From: Candidatus Thorarchaeota archaeon
GTDB lineage: Archaea; Asgardarchaeota; Thorarchaeia; Thorarchaeales; Thorarchaeaceae
Reading direction: 5' to 3'
NCBI GenBank assembly: GCA_048884965.1
Contig: JBHLQH010000017.1
Span: 7,258 to 71,257, forward strand
Length of the DNA stretch: 64,000 nt
A program made the position numbers and the translations under genes. The first letter of the stretch is position 1; every line of letters starts with the position of its first letter. Positions 20,094-30,692 of the stretch are shown in pieces. The notes under the pieces were generated by a model that saw only the letters and a program-made list of their open reading frames with translations, did no database searches and was not told the origin of the DNA.

Positions 20094-20411
20094 ATGAAGA
20101 AAAGCAAGTATGAGATTGCCATGCTGGTCAAAGAGCTACTCGAGCTGAAGTTGGAGGAAGAAAGAAGACGCAGGTGGACTGATAGGCTCCGCTTTGGCGG
20201 TCGCGCGAACATCATAAATCAAGATACAATCGAGATTGATCCCTCCGGCTTCAAGATTCTCTCACAATCAAAGAACACAGATGGTGACACATTAATTGAA
20301 TGGGAAGCTGAAGGCCACGTCAAATCAAGCCTTGTCGTCAGTCGAATGGATACAGTCCGTCGTTCTGGAACTCTTGTAATCAAATCAAATGGTGAAGCTG
20401 AGTTATTATAA
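20094..20411 (+). CDS. Hypothetical protein
   Basis: AAGGAG SD; 105-aa ORF. Confidence 0.65.
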   Translation: MKKSKYEIAMLVKELLELKLEEERRRRWTDRLRFGGRANIINQDTIEIDPSGFKILSQSKNTDGDTLIEWEAEGHVKSSLVVSRMDTVRRSGTLVIKSNGEAELL

Positions 20412-20427
20412 CATAGTTCTGAGGATG

Positions 20428-21129
20428 TTACTTCTTCCTCACCAAATCCAGATTCAGCTGTCGTATCAGATTGAGTAGAATATCTCCTGAGATAGGATTC
20501 TTCCTTGGTAACCAAAAATCTCTCTCAAGCGGGACAATATACAAAACCCCATTGCCTTCGATAAATGAGTTTGGTCCGGATGGGATCACAAAGAAGCCCT
20601 CACTCCTTCCAATAGCAACTCCCTCCATATCGTATTCATAGTGTCTTCGCCATGTGACATTTGGGATTCGAATTCCGCTCCTTGTTGAATCCTCTGGCTC
20701 CAATAGACGAACGAAGAATAGAACGGGCTTTCCCCAACGTACTATAGCATATATTGGTGGTCTGCTCACAACTGCGCATCTTGTAAGGATTGTTGGATAT
20801 GGCGGGGATATTTGATTCAGGACCTTCAAGTTATAGATGAATCTTCTTCCATTCCGTCCCCAATGTATTGAGAAGATGAACCCTCCAATCACGATTACGA
20901 AGAAGCTAGTTGTTAGCATGCCAAGTGTGACAGCTTGGATACTATCGCGGAGGACTAAGATTACAACAAGAAGGAGCATCATGGGAAGTAGAATAACAAG
21001 TCCTTGGCGAGATCGTTTTTCGATGTGATTCTCTATCTCCGCTAATTCCTCCTCGAAAGAGATCTTGGACTCGCCATGCATCTGATTAGTCAAACCTCCC
21101 TGCCATCTTATTACCTTTCTACTAGCCAT
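20428..21129 (-). CDS. Hypothetical membrane protein (2 TM)
   Basis: Two hydrophobic helices; overlaps the MarR stop. Confidence 0.65.
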   Translation of the reverse strand: MASRKVIRWQGGLTNQMHGESKISFEEELAEIENHIEKRSRQGLVILLPMMLLLVVILVLRDSIQAVTLGMLTTSFFVIVIGGFIFSIHWGRNGRRFIYNLKVLNQISPPYPTILTRCAVVSRPPIYAIVRWGKPVLFFVRLLEPEDSTRSGIRIPNVTWRRHYEYDMEGVAIGRSEGFFVIPSGPNSFIEGNGVLYIVPLERDFWLPRKNPISGDILLNLIRQLNLDLVRKK

Positions 21130-21604
21130 TCCTTGTTTCCCTATAGAGAGTATCTGTAGAGTCTATCAGCTTTGTCACTAAGCTGTGGAATGTAAATAGT
21201 TCCTGCTTTGTCAGGGACGAGAATAGTTGCATCAGACTATTCGTATGATCCTGTGCACGCTGGCTCCAAAAATCATCATTCTCCTTCGTAGTCCTTAGAC
21301 GTTTCTTTCTCCTATCCTTATCATCGTCAATGATTTCCACAAACCTTCTCCTTTGAAGCTGAACTGCAATTTTCTTGATGTTCTGATGTGATGTACTCAT
21401 CACTTCTGCTACTTCGCTTATCGATGGGACATGATCGAAAACACTCCCGATAGATATTAGCGTAAGAAGCTGCTTTGTTGTTAGATTATCGTCTCTAAGT
21501 ACAGAGTCTGTCATATACTCGAATCTTTGACTCAAGAGAAAAAGGAGGCCAAAAGACTCTGATAATTTCCGCATCGTATCTTGATCTAGTTCCACAACTT
21601 GCAC
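21122..21604 (-). CDS. MarR-family regulator
   Basis: LTTKQ, SISEVAE.MSTSHQNIK..A.QL, DDKDRR. Confidence 0.9.
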   Translation of the reverse strand: MQVVELDQDTMRKLSESFGLLFLLSQRFEYMTDSVLRDDNLTTKQLLTLISIGSVFDHVPSISEVAEVMSTSHQNIKKIAVQLQRRRFVEIIDDDKDRRKKRLRTTKENDDFWSQRAQDHTNSLMQLFSSLTKQELFTFHSLVTKLIDSTDTLYRETRNG

Positions 21605-21681
21605 ATCTCCTCTTCTTCGAGCAGCAATCTGTTTTGCTCTATCTCTGAATCCAACGCATTTCGAGAGATTGAAGATTCCAA

Positions 21682-22623
21682 CTAGTTCTCACTTCTCCTT
21701 AAGAATGGAATCTTTTCCTTCAGTAAATAGAGTAGTCCTCCCCAGGCGAGAATCCCCAATATTGGAAAGATGACCAATCCTGCAACAACAGCTCCTGCAA
21801 CTTCAGGATCTCCACTAAGGAGCTGTACAATTGCCATAGCATTGACAGATGTCCCCAGTGTGATGAAGAAACCAAAGAATAACAAAATGATCGGATATGC
21901 GCTCTTCGGTCTGGTCATTAGCATATAGAGTGATATGAAACCAACCGGGATTGAGATTCCAAGGTCGAAATAACGCACCACCCAAAAAGCTGTTGGAGCA
22001 GTATCGTATGCACCACTACTTGTCGTACCGGTTGCTGCTACTTCTACGAGTTCGGATAACCACATGACCGCGAAGAATAGTAGAAACACACTGAGTACGC
22101 TCACATAGATTTTGAGGCTACGTGCGTTGAAGGATGGAGCATCATGTTCTGAGAATAGGGATAGACTACCCATTCCCAGAATAAGACCACTGATAATGAT
22201 GACAAGAAACAGCACTGAGTATCTTTCCACATTCCCAGTATATAGCGAATTACTCCATTCCTGTCCAATACCATAAGCAAGACCATTGTAGAACAGAGTA
22301 ATTGGTGGAAGTATGAGGAAGTACTTTGCGCCATCTCTCTCCAATGCAAGGAGGGCTCCACCAACTAGAAGCAGAGGCACTATTAGAAGCACATTGACAA
22401 TATCTTGAGCAATAGTTTGGTATATTCCTGATTGCGAAGTTCGGTATTGAATGACATTCAAACCTGCAGGTCCCCAGAGAGCAATAATGATCAATGTACC
22501 TGCTGCAATAAATGCCACAAGCGCAATTGCGTATCTTTCAAATGTCACATATCTTGGTCCAAGAATTGATTCTTCATTGATATTTCTTCTTTCATTCATC
22601 TTTAGCACCTTTGTAGGTAACAC
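21682..22623 (-). CDS. Multi-pass membrane protein, unknown function
   Basis: About 8 TM; AQDIVN, DLGI. Confidence 0.75.
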   Translation of the reverse strand: MLPTKVLKMNERRNINEESILGPRYVTFERYAIALVAFIAAGTLIIIALWGPAGLNVIQYRTSQSGIYQTIAQDIVNVLLIVPLLLVGGALLALERDGAKYFLILPPITLFYNGLAYGIGQEWSNSLYTGNVERYSVLFLVIIISGLILGMGSLSLFSEHDAPSFNARSLKIYVSVLSVFLLFFAVMWLSELVEVAATGTTSSGAYDTAPTAFWVVRYFDLGISIPVGFISLYMLMTRPKSAYPIILLFFGFFITLGTSVNAMAIVQLLSGDPEVAGAVVAGLVIFPILGILAWGGLLYLLKEKIPFLRRSEN

Positions 22624-22712
22624 ATTACCTAAAAAGGTAACATGTTACTTATAAATGTTAACATATTACCTAAAATCATGCATCGCGAGCGAACCCCATT
22701 TGAGATCACATT

Positions 22713-23630
22713 TCAAATTGCTATTATCACAAGTACAATCCCTACGAAGATCAAGATAGTCCCAGCTCCAACAAGTCTCGTGACCTTTTCCTTTAGGTAT
22801 ATAATTGAAAGAGGAGTACCAAACAAGGGGGAAGATGCCATTATTATCGACATGACAGTTGCACCAATGAAGCTGACAGAATAAGTCATGAGAACTATAG
22901 GAACTCCAAATCCGATTATGCCTGTGAGGAGAATGAGCAGCAACAGTCTGCGATTTACTAGCCCTCCTCTTCCGGCTTTTGAGAATGGCGCTATTGGAAG
23001 GAGGAGTAATGACCCTGTTGCGAATCTTACGAAATTCGCATCGAGTGGGTCAACACCCACGAGACCTACCTGAAGTGTAAAGTCGCTTAGAGCCCAGAAT
23101 ACAATCGTAAGGGCAGCAAAGAGAAGACCAAATAGCAGAACTCGAGGACTGGAAACTTCATCATTGTTCTCCTCATGAGTGTCCTGAGCAATCAATCCTA
23201 TTCCTATAATAATGAGAACTGCTCCGACGAGTCTAGATACAATAACTGGCTCTGAGAGATACAATGCAGCTAGGGCATATACAACCAGTGGATAACTCAT
23301 CACTATCGGATATGCCTTTGAAACCCCTATCATCGCTTGACTAGCAAAATAGCAACCATCTCCAAGGAGTGCTCCGGTTACCATTGAAAAAGCCAGTACC
23401 AAGAATCCTTCAAAAGAAACATTCACCCCATCGGTATTGAAGGGAGGTAGGATGAGAAGCGTGGCAAGGGGGAAGCTGACCCACATTCGGGTAATGACTA
23501 TCTCCAGCACAGAAACCTCTCGATCATACTTCTTGTAGATGATGTTTGTAGTGGCAAAAAGAAGCGCTGCAATCAATGCTGTGAGTATTCCCATGGCATA
23601 ATTCCCAGTTCCAATTTGCAAAATACTCAC
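22713..23630 (-). CDS. EamA/DMT transporter
   Basis: 10 TM in two repeats; IGVSKA, LSEP, LKEKV. Confidence 0.9.
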   Translation of the reverse strand: MSILQIGTGNYAMGILTALIAALLFATTNIIYKKYDREVSVLEIVITRMWVSFPLATLLILPPFNTDGVNVSFEGFLVLAFSMVTGALLGDGCYFASQAMIGVSKAYPIVMSYPLVVYALAALYLSEPVIVSRLVGAVLIIIGIGLIAQDTHEENNDEVSSPRVLLFGLLFAALTIVFWALSDFTLQVGLVGVDPLDANFVRFATGSLLLLPIAPFSKAGRGGLVNRRLLLLILLTGIIGFGVPIVLMTYSVSFIGATVMSIIMASSPLFGTPLSIIYLKEKVTRLVGAGTILIFVGIVLVIIAI

Positions 23631-23734
23631 ACTTCTTTAGGAAGATACCTTTACTTCCAAACACCTCAAAAAGAAATCGCTTTTACAAAGGATATCTTAA
23701 TCACACATTGCGCAAATCATGATAGAGAGAGCTA

Positions 23735-24775
23735 TTGGAGGTATTTGAGATGGACCGTGATATTGACAAGATTGAGATGTATTCTCGGATGCTTGCTCTA
23801 CGTGATTTCACAGAGGAAGATCTTGATGCAATTGAGAATACTACTGTCACGGTTGTCGGAGCCGGAGGTCTCGGTAGCCCTGTCCTTCGACTTCTTACTG
23901 CAATTGGCTTCGGGAAAGTCCGAGTCATTGATCATGATATAGTCGAACTTTCGAATCTCCAGCGCCAGACTATATACACCTATTCTGATATTGGACTACC
24001 AAAGGTTGAAGCAGCGGTTACGAATCTAGCAAAACATAATCCTTTCATCAAGTTCGAACCTGTGGGGATGTCTATCAATGAAGATAATGCTCTTGAATTG
24101 CTTCGAGGTAGTGATCTTCTAATTGATGGTCTTGATTCAATGACTGCTAGGCGAGCTGTGAATACAGCCAGCTATGCCTTGAAAATCCCCTATGTCTATG
24201 CAGGTGCCATTGAGTACTATGCAAACATCTCGACCTTCATACCCAATGAAACCGGTTGTCTTTATTGCTTGGTTGGTGACTTGAAGGACAATCCTGCGAA
24301 TACTTGTGCAAATGTTGGAGTATCACCAGTTCTCCTTTCTGTTGCTGCATCCATTGAAGTACAGGAAGCGGTAGCACTTGCCACAGGAAGAAATCCAAAG
24401 CTAGCGGGTAGATTGATGCATATAGATATCCAGACTCTGGGATTTGACTCGTTTGAAATTGCTAGATCTGAAAAATGTCCCGTGTGTTCGTTATCAGATA
24501 TCCCTGAACCCTCCGAATCCAAAGAGATTAGCATCACGCAGCTTTGCACTCAAAGTTTTAGCATATCTCCGGCCAAACGAAAGGAATTGAATCTTGCAGA
24601 TCTAGATATACGACTACGAGACAAACACAAAACCCTGAAGAGGAATTCTTCTATTCTTGTCAAATTTGAGTCGGGTGCGAGCATGACTTTGATGTCCACA
24701 GGCGCAGCCGTCATAAAAGGAGTAAAGAATGAAGCGGAGGCTTTGACTCTCTATAAGACCATTGCAGGTGATTAG
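23735..24775 (+). CDS. ThiF/MoeB/HesA E1-like adenylyltransferase
   Basis: VGAGGLGS, DIVELSNLQRQ, CLYC, catalytic TCANVG, CPVC, C-terminal extra domain. Confidence 0.92.
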   Translation: MEVFEMDRDIDKIEMYSRMLALRDFTEEDLDAIENTTVTVVGAGGLGSPVLRLLTAIGFGKVRVIDHDIVELSNLQRQTIYTYSDIGLPKVEAAVTNLAKHNPFIKFEPVGMSINEDNALELLRGSDLLIDGLDSMTARRAVNTASYALKIPYVYAGAIEYYANISTFIPNETGCLYCLVGDLKDNPANTCANVGVSPVLLSVAASIEVQEAVALATGRNPKLAGRLMHIDIQTLGFDSFEIARSEKCPVCSLSDIPEPSESKEISITQLCTQSFSISPAKRKELNLADLDIRLRDKHKTLKRNSSILVKFESGASMTLMSTGAAVIKGVKNEAEALTLYKTIAGD

Positions 24776-25443
24776 TTCTCTTTGAAGTACCTACGAATCG
24801 AGTCTTGGAAACCAGGCATAGAGAGCATCGAGCCAATCATGCCAACAAATTGCGCTACACTCTTTATCTGATCGAGGCCAATTCTATCCATCAAGTCAGC
24901 CAGTTGCTCATTATTAGCAAGCGTTTCTAGAAGCCTTCGTATCACAGCATCTCTCTCAGAATAGTACTCCTTGATCAAGGAAGTAAATTCCTCTTGATTC
25001 TCGCTTTTTGCATCAAAGAATATCCAAAGGAAACGAATGATATTCAGAAGTTGTTCCTCGCCCTCTTCCGTTTCGTACCATTTGGGTGAATCTTTCGTTT
25101 CACGCCCCATGAACACCTTTGCGCTTCTACAATACAGTTTCTCTGTCAATCTACTATCTTTTGGTTTTCTATGCCCTGCAACCTTGACTAGTCCATTCTC
25201 TTCTAGATTGTCTAAATACCGATAAATTGTCTTTATCGTCTTAGAGTATTCATTTTTCTTGTTATCCCAGAAAAGATTGTGAATCTCTTTGACCGTCATG
25301 TTTCCATCTAGGAGCGCACCTAAGATTACATTGTTCTCCATAGCGAGATCCATTTGCTCTTTGGTAAGGAGTTTTACGGCATCTGGCTTGATTGTGACAA
25401 AATCCTCGTAGACGTTCTCCCTATCAGAAGTATGATCAGTCAT
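24772..25443 (-). CDS. Winged-helix transcriptional regulator
   Basis: MTVKEIH...KTIYRYLDNLEENGLV...EKLY.R.A. Confidence 0.8.
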   Translation of the reverse strand: MTDHTSDRENVYEDFVTIKPDAVKLLTKEQMDLAMENNVILGALLDGNMTVKEIHNLFWDNKKNEYSKTIKTIYRYLDNLEENGLVKVAGHRKPKDSRLTEKLYCRSAKVFMGRETKDSPKWYETEEGEEQLLNIIRFLWIFFDAKSENQEEFTSLIKEYYSERDAVIRRLLETLANNEQLADLMDRIGLDQIKSVAQFVGMIGSMLSMPGFQDSIRRYFKEN

Positions 25444-25581
25444 ATCACATCGCTCTAGGTTCTTTTCGAGGTGTTGAAAGAAGGGGCATCTACAGATTAG
25501 TGTTACTGATGACGTTGAAAGAAACACTAATAACCAACATTGACAACCAATCTCATATAATGTCAATGGTGGACATATAAA

Positions 25582-26664
25582 GTGAATGAAAAACTAACAA
25601 TGGGTGAAAACTACTCAATTGAAAGTAAGATCTTGGGCGAGGAGCGCAAGTATACGATATATCTTCCTGAAGATTACGAAAAATCAGATGAACGATATTC
25701 TGTCCTATTTGTTGTAAACGCGGATTACCAAGCATACTTCGTTCATGCTGCATCCGTGGCGCAACTCCTGTTCGATAGAGGTTGCATCCCTCCAATGATT
25801 GTTGTTGGAGTACATACTAAGGACCATGCAAAGGACTTCTTCCCTGTGCCACATCCGAGAATTCCTGATAGTGGAAAGGCAGATCTATTTCTGGAGTTCA
25901 TTCTGACCGAAATTCGACCCTTGATTGCCAACAGCTTTCGGACTAATGATTTTAGTATCCTATACGGCGTATCAAATAGTGGCATGTTCACAGTTTATAC
26001 ACTCTTGACGCATCCTGATGCGTTCAATGGGTATATTGCCGGAAGTCCAATGCTCGGATGGGCAACCGAAGTCTTTCATGAAAAGGCCCAGGCATTATTC
26101 TCCTCAAGAGATTCCCTCTCGCGCTATTTGTACATGGAATATGGTGAGAATGACTATGATCGAGTATGTGAAACGGTACCTGATTTCGCCAAGTTATTAG
26201 ACAAGATGGCACCAAAAGACCTTGTCTGGTCTTCGAAGGTACTGAAGAACGTAGGACATGGTCCTATTACTGTCTTATACAATGGATTATCGATGATTTT
26301 TCCTGAGTGGCAGGTTTCAACCGAGAAGGGAATGGAATTGGGAATGGAGGGCGTTGAGAGCTTTTATGCTTCTCTTTCAGCAAGATACTCGATTGACGTG
26401 AAGATACCTAGCGAAGTTCTCTCAGATATTGGTATCCAATGGATTCTCAAAGAGGAGGCCGAACATGGTCGACCCTTCATCGAAAAACTAGTCGAGCTCT
26501 ATCCTACATCTGAAGGAGGATACTATCTGCTAGGTATAATTGAGGAACGAATGGGAAACTTCGAAGGCGCAGCAGACCTCTATCGAAAGGCATTGGAATT
26601 GAATCCAGAGTATCCTCAAGCCAAGGAGAAACTGGCTCATCTGAAGAATGAAGGAAAGATATGA
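25582..26664 (+). CDS. Alpha/beta-hydrolase (IroE-like esterase) with C-terminal TPR
   Basis: SKILGEER...YLP, GVSNSG elbow, YIAGSP, GH; TPR YRKALELNP. Confidence 0.88.
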   Translation: MNEKLTMGENYSIESKILGEERKYTIYLPEDYEKSDERYSVLFVVNADYQAYFVHAASVAQLLFDRGCIPPMIVVGVHTKDHAKDFFPVPHPRIPDSGKADLFLEFILTEIRPLIANSFRTNDFSILYGVSNSGMFTVYTLLTHPDAFNGYIAGSPMLGWATEVFHEKAQALFSSRDSLSRYLYMEYGENDYDRVCETVPDFAKLLDKMAPKDLVWSSKVLKNVGHGPITVLYNGLSMIFPEWQVSTEKGMELGMEGVESFYASLSARYSIDVKIPSEVLSDIGIQWILKEEAEHGRPFIEKLVELYPTSEGGYYLLGIIEERMGNFEGAADLYRKALELNPEYPQAKEKLAHLKNEGKI

Positions 26665-26675
26665 AACATCGTGTC

Positions 26676-26696
26676 TGGGGGATGTTTAATCCCCCA
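26676..26696. terminator. Hairpin between convergent genes
   Basis: TGGGGGAT-gttta-ATCCCCCA. Confidence 0.6.
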
Positions 26697-26716
26697 CTCC
26701 GTTCTTCCTTCCTAAA

Positions 26717-27163
26717 TCAGATATCTTGACCATCGATAGATTCCAAATTTACAAGAAGTCGGCGCAGATATCCTTCAAACGTTTCTATTTCTTGCGAAGT
26801 GAATCCTTCATAGAAAAGATGTGTCATCTCTCTGGATACTTTCACATACTCCTCTTGCATCTCTTTTGCTTTCTCTGTTAGAACAATCAATAGACTTCTT
26901 CGATCCATTGGATTTTGCAATCTTGCTACTAGCCCGACATTTTCCAAACGGTCTAGCAAATCTGTAAGGGTCGACTTTCCTAGCGATGTCCTCTGTGCAA
27001 GATCTGAAATCGGAACGCCATCCTCTTGCCATAGGGCAAAGATGACTCTCCCTTGTCCAGCACCAATCTCTATCTCATGTTCTTGAAGCTTTTTAGAGAA
27101 TATCCTTCCGCTCAAATGGTGAATCTTTGTGATGAGGAATCCACCTTCACTCTCAGGTTTCAT
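26717..27163 (-). CDS. MarR-family regulator
   Basis: ISDLAQRTSLGKSTLT.LLDRLE..GLV.R..NP.DRR. Confidence 0.93.
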   Translation of the reverse strand: MKPESEGGFLITKIHHLSGRIFSKKLQEHEIEIGAGQGRVIFALWQEDGVPISDLAQRTSLGKSTLTDLLDRLENVGLVARLQNPMDRRSLLIVLTEKAKEMQEEYVKVSREMTHLFYEGFTSQEIETFEGYLRRLLVNLESIDGQDI

Positions 27164-27639
27164 TTCTTCACACCAATCTCAAAGCGGTATGTGTGGCTTT
27201 GATTCCATCCACGACCCATAGTCGGGTATAATCTAAGAACAGTGTGATCTGGATCGTCAAATCCTTTCGGATAGTATCTCTCCCAGCCATCATGCCAGAT
27301 TCCTTGCTTTATCTCAATATCATGAACGATTTCGATATCGCCTCCAAGCATTAATCCCCTCGCCTCAGAAGGTATGGTGTAATATATTGATACCTTCGGA
27401 TTTTCCTTCAAATCTCTGACTTTTGACGATGAAGTGTTAGTCGTGAATAATAGCATGAAATCTTCATCATGTGCATGGAAGAGGGGCACAAGTCTTGGCC
27501 ATTGCTCCTTATTTCGAAGATTGAACATCGCACGCGTCTGAGGATAGCCCTCCGAATCAACAGAGGTTACAATTGCAGCTGGAGCTGAATGTGTCAATTC
27601 AAGCGCCATATCCCGGTCACTATCGATACTTGACGTCAT
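27160..27639 (-). CDS. Pyridoxamine 5'-phosphate oxidase-like flavin-binding protein
   Basis: SVDSEGYPQTRAM, TTNTSSSKV..L..NPKV, DDPD. Confidence 0.88.
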   Translation of the reverse strand: MTSSIDSDRDMALELTHSAPAAIVTSVDSEGYPQTRAMFNLRNKEQWPRLVPLFHAHDEDFMLLFTTNTSSSKVRDLKENPKVSIYYTIPSEARGLMLGGDIEIVHDIEIKQGIWHDGWERYYPKGFDDPDHTVLRLYPTMGRGWNQSHTYRFEIGVKK

Positions 27640-27656
27640 CGTATTGTTACCACATA

Positions 27657-27676
27657 ATAGTTCTAATTAGAACTAT
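27657..27676. promoter_or_regulatory. Perfect 20-bp palindrome, probable MarR operator
   Basis: ATAGTTCTAATTAGAACTAT, 17 nt upstream of the PNPOx-marR operon; a degenerate second copy follows. Confidence 0.65.
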
Positions 27677-27736
27677 TCATATTCGAACTATTTAACTCTT
27701 TTTTCTGAAGCAGAGTGATGAGAGAGTGAGTCAAAT

Positions 27737-28951
27737 TCAGGAATACAATGATAGTGCTGCCTTTGGATTCTTACGCATCATCCTAAGGGTCAGTTTTCGT
27801 TTGACCTCCTTTTGAGAAAGCAGGCCCCCAATAGCACTTCCAATGAGTTGACTTGAGTAGTAGTCATCTCTAAAGAAAGTACAGAGCGTTTCCATATTCC
27901 TCATACTCTTGTAGAACAGCTTCGCAAGTGATTGTGTCACTTTTAGCTCGCTAAGAATGGCTTTCTTACATTCCTTCTCATACTCGAACAATGCCATCGG
28001 ATTCGAACCCTTTACTGCTTCTTTCATTACAGAGGCAGCAATTATACCCGATTGAATAGCCTCTGGGATTCCCTCACCTGTAAATGCGTCGACCAAACCC
28101 GCAGCGTCCCCAATCAGAAGCGATCTTCCCTTGACCAATCGCTCTGCTGGCCTGACTGGAAAACGAGCAGAGGTATCAGATAGAACCTCAGGTTCGATGT
28201 CATACTCGTCCTTGAACTTCGAAAACCATCGTTCGTATCCAGCTCGAAGATCTCGTACCCTATCTTGTCTGCAACACGCCCCTACACTGAGTACTGATCT
28301 CTTAGGGAAGCACCAAGTGTAGCCGTGTGCATACTCTCCAAAGTACAAAAGCAGCAGATCTGCATCATATCCCCCTGGCTCTCCACAAATCTCGCGAACC
28401 TTTTTGGCTCCAACTTCTAGCTCGATTTCAAGAGCTACACTTGCAGAATCGGTCTTCCATCCTGAATAGAATCCAAGCTGCTTTGCTACTCTGCTATTGA
28501 CGCCATCTGCTCCGATGACAAATTGACCCGTGTAGATATCCCCATCCATAGTTGTGACTGATACGTTTGAGGTGCTCTCCTGAATGTCGATGACCTCTTT
28601 ATTCTCAAGTATTTCTGCCCCAGCTTCAATGGCCTTCTTTAAGAGCAGATGATCAAACTCCTCTCGCATCACTGTGATGCCCGGCTTCGAACGATCTTCT
28701 GGAATACAGTCAACTCGAAATCCAGACGGTGCAAATATCGATAATCCGCTGATTTTCCTATGGGCTACATCATTCAAACTGAAATCAAGAAGTTCACCAA
28801 CAAAGAATCGCGCTCCACCCGCACAGGGCTTATTTCTTGGAAACTCGTTCTTGTCTAGAAGTAAAACGGAGAGTCCTGAGAGTGCAGCGCGTCTAGCCGC
28901 AGTAGACCCTGCAGGACCTCCACCTACAATTATCACATCGTATTCTACCAT
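27737..28951 (-). CDS. Geranylgeranyl reductase-family FAD oxidoreductase
   Basis: GGGPAG, FPRNKPCAGG, GADG, GYTWCFPK, GDAAG..D.FTGEGI. Confidence 0.92.
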   Translation of the reverse strand: MVEYDVIIVGGGPAGSTAARRAALSGLSVLLLDKNEFPRNKPCAGGARFFVGELLDFSLNDVAHRKISGLSIFAPSGFRVDCIPEDRSKPGITVMREEFDHLLLKKAIEAGAEILENKEVIDIQESTSNVSVTTMDGDIYTGQFVIGADGVNSRVAKQLGFYSGWKTDSASVALEIELEVGAKKVREICGEPGGYDADLLLLYFGEYAHGYTWCFPKRSVLSVGACCRQDRVRDLRAGYERWFSKFKDEYDIEPEVLSDTSARFPVRPAERLVKGRSLLIGDAAGLVDAFTGEGIPEAIQSGIIAASVMKEAVKGSNPMALFEYEKECKKAILSELKVTQSLAKLFYKSMRNMETLCTFFRDDYYSSQLIGSAIGGLLSQKEVKRKLTLRMMRKNPKAALSLYS

Positions 28952-28993
28952 CTCTAACCCGCATCGTATCCTAGGGATTTCTCTCCCCATAAA

Positions 28994-29974
28994 TCATTGC
29001 AAATCCTTGGGGGACTGCTCTATTTTCGTTTTTCTTCTTGCTTCAGTAATCTGAACTGCTACTACGCTAGTCCCAATAAGCGCTAATCCTATCCAGTCAA
29101 TGATATCCGGCATCTCACCAAGAAAGACGACCGATAGCAGTACTATTTGAGGGAACATTGTTCCATTGATTATTGAGATGTCAATAGCTCGAAGTGTCTG
29201 CATCGCCTTGTTCCAAAGAGTGAATGCAAACGCAGTATTGACAATACTCAACCAAAGGATATACACCATCGAGAGAGGACCGATGGTTTGAACGCCCTCC
29301 ACCATCAGACCCGCTACTAACAGAAGGAGTGAACCTATCAGCATACTGATTCCAGTTACGATGATTGGTGGAAGTTCTCGGCGTCTGTTGATACTCCTTC
29401 CGATTATGGATGAAAAGGCATTTGCAACGACACCCCCTAGGACTACAAGGATTCCAATCAACTGTAGGGATTCGAACTCCATGGGGTAGAAATAGATCAG
29501 TACACCTCCAATTCCGATAAGTATCAATCCGATTTGTTTGGCGGTTGGAATCTCCTTCAGAACTATGATGCCAATTACAAGTACCAAGAGAGGAGTCAGA
29601 TTCAACAGCAGCGATACCGCAATCGCATCAAGTAAGTCAAGTCCAACAAATTGCGCTCCCTGAGTCACTGCAACAAACACAGTACCATATCCAGCTAAGA
29701 CTCCTATATCGCGCCTTGTCAATCTCCTGATGGAACTCCGTGAATCTTGCTTTCCCATTAGAACCGCCATTAGGATTCCTGCTGCTATTGTGTATCTGAA
29801 CCCAGCAAAAGTAAGTGGTGGAATCTCCTCCAATCCGAACTTGATTATGACCCACGATGATGCCCAAAGCACAGTCACGAATAGAGCTATCAGTACGGAT
29901 TTTATATGCTCCCTTGATAGAGCCTCTGAAGACTCAATTCTCTCACCAGTATCTTTGGAAGGTATTCCTGACAT
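28994..29974 (-). CDS. EamA/DMT transporter
   Basis: LWASSWVIIK.GL.EIPP..FAG.R; 10 TM. Confidence 0.9.
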   Translation of the reverse strand: MSGIPSKDTGERIESSEALSREHIKSVLIALFVTVLWASSWVIIKFGLEEIPPLTFAGFRYTIAAGILMAVLMGKQDSRSSIRRLTRRDIGVLAGYGTVFVAVTQGAQFVGLDLLDAIAVSLLLNLTPLLVLVIGIIVLKEIPTAKQIGLILIGIGGVLIYFYPMEFESLQLIGILVVLGGVVANAFSSIIGRSINRRRELPPIIVTGISMLIGSLLLLVAGLMVEGVQTIGPLSMVYILWLSIVNTAFAFTLWNKAMQTLRAIDISIINGTMFPQIVLLSVVFLGEMPDIIDWIGLALIGTSVVAVQITEARRKTKIEQSPKDLQ

Positions 29975-30034
29975 TATGACACCTAGTCCTTCGAAGGATT
30001 AATCAAAGAATTAGTTATTGCCGTCATAAGACGG

Positions 30035-30682
30035 GTGTATATAATGGCGATAAATTGCATCATAGAGATCAGTTCCGAACATTATTATTCCTGTAAGCTA
30101 ACACGGATGATTCCGGTTCGAGTCAGCATTGTCACCATAAATGGTGATACTGGTTTTGGCATCATCGAATCCTTGAAACATGAGGAGCGATCAATTCAGC
30201 AATATGTTGACGAGCTTTCCAAATCTGAAAGTATCAAGAGCGTGACTGTGACACACAAGGCACCTCAAGCGTATTGGACGAGAGTCGTCCACAAGGTGGA
30301 AGGGCCATCGATCTATGAAACAATTCTCCAAAGTGGCTGCATGACGTATCTACCTATAGTAGTCGAAAACGGGATACAGACCCATGTAGTCCTAGCTCCA
30401 TCAAGAGAGGTTCTTAGCAACATGCTACATATGCTACGGGATCGCTTCTCTTTTGTAAGAATCAAACGAATACGTCCCACTCCCTCTGGTCTATTAGATA
30501 TAGATTTGACGTCCAAGCAGAGAGACGCCATTGACTTGGCTGTGGAATCAGGATACTACAATATTCCCAGAAAGTGTACCATTGAGGAGCTCGGGGAGAA
30601 GCTAGGCATCAAAAGAGTTGCAATGCAAGAAAGGCTACGACGGGCTGAACAACGCGTCATAGCTTTCTATGCACGAAAATGA
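30035..30682 (+). CDS. HTH_10 (bacterio-opsin activator-type) regulator
   Basis: LTSKQRDAI.LA...GYYNIPRK.T.EEL...LGI.......RLRRAE. Confidence 0.92.
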   Translation: MYIMAINCIIEISSEHYYSCKLTRMIPVRVSIVTINGDTGFGIIESLKHEERSIQQYVDELSKSESIKSVTVTHKAPQAYWTRVVHKVEGPSIYETILQSGCMTYLPIVVENGIQTHVVLAPSREVLSNMLHMLRDRFSFVRIKRIRPTPSGLLDIDLTSKQRDAIDLAVESGYYNIPRKCTIEELGEKLGIKRVAMQERLRRAEQRVIAFYARK

Positions 30683-30692
30683 CCTATCTTGT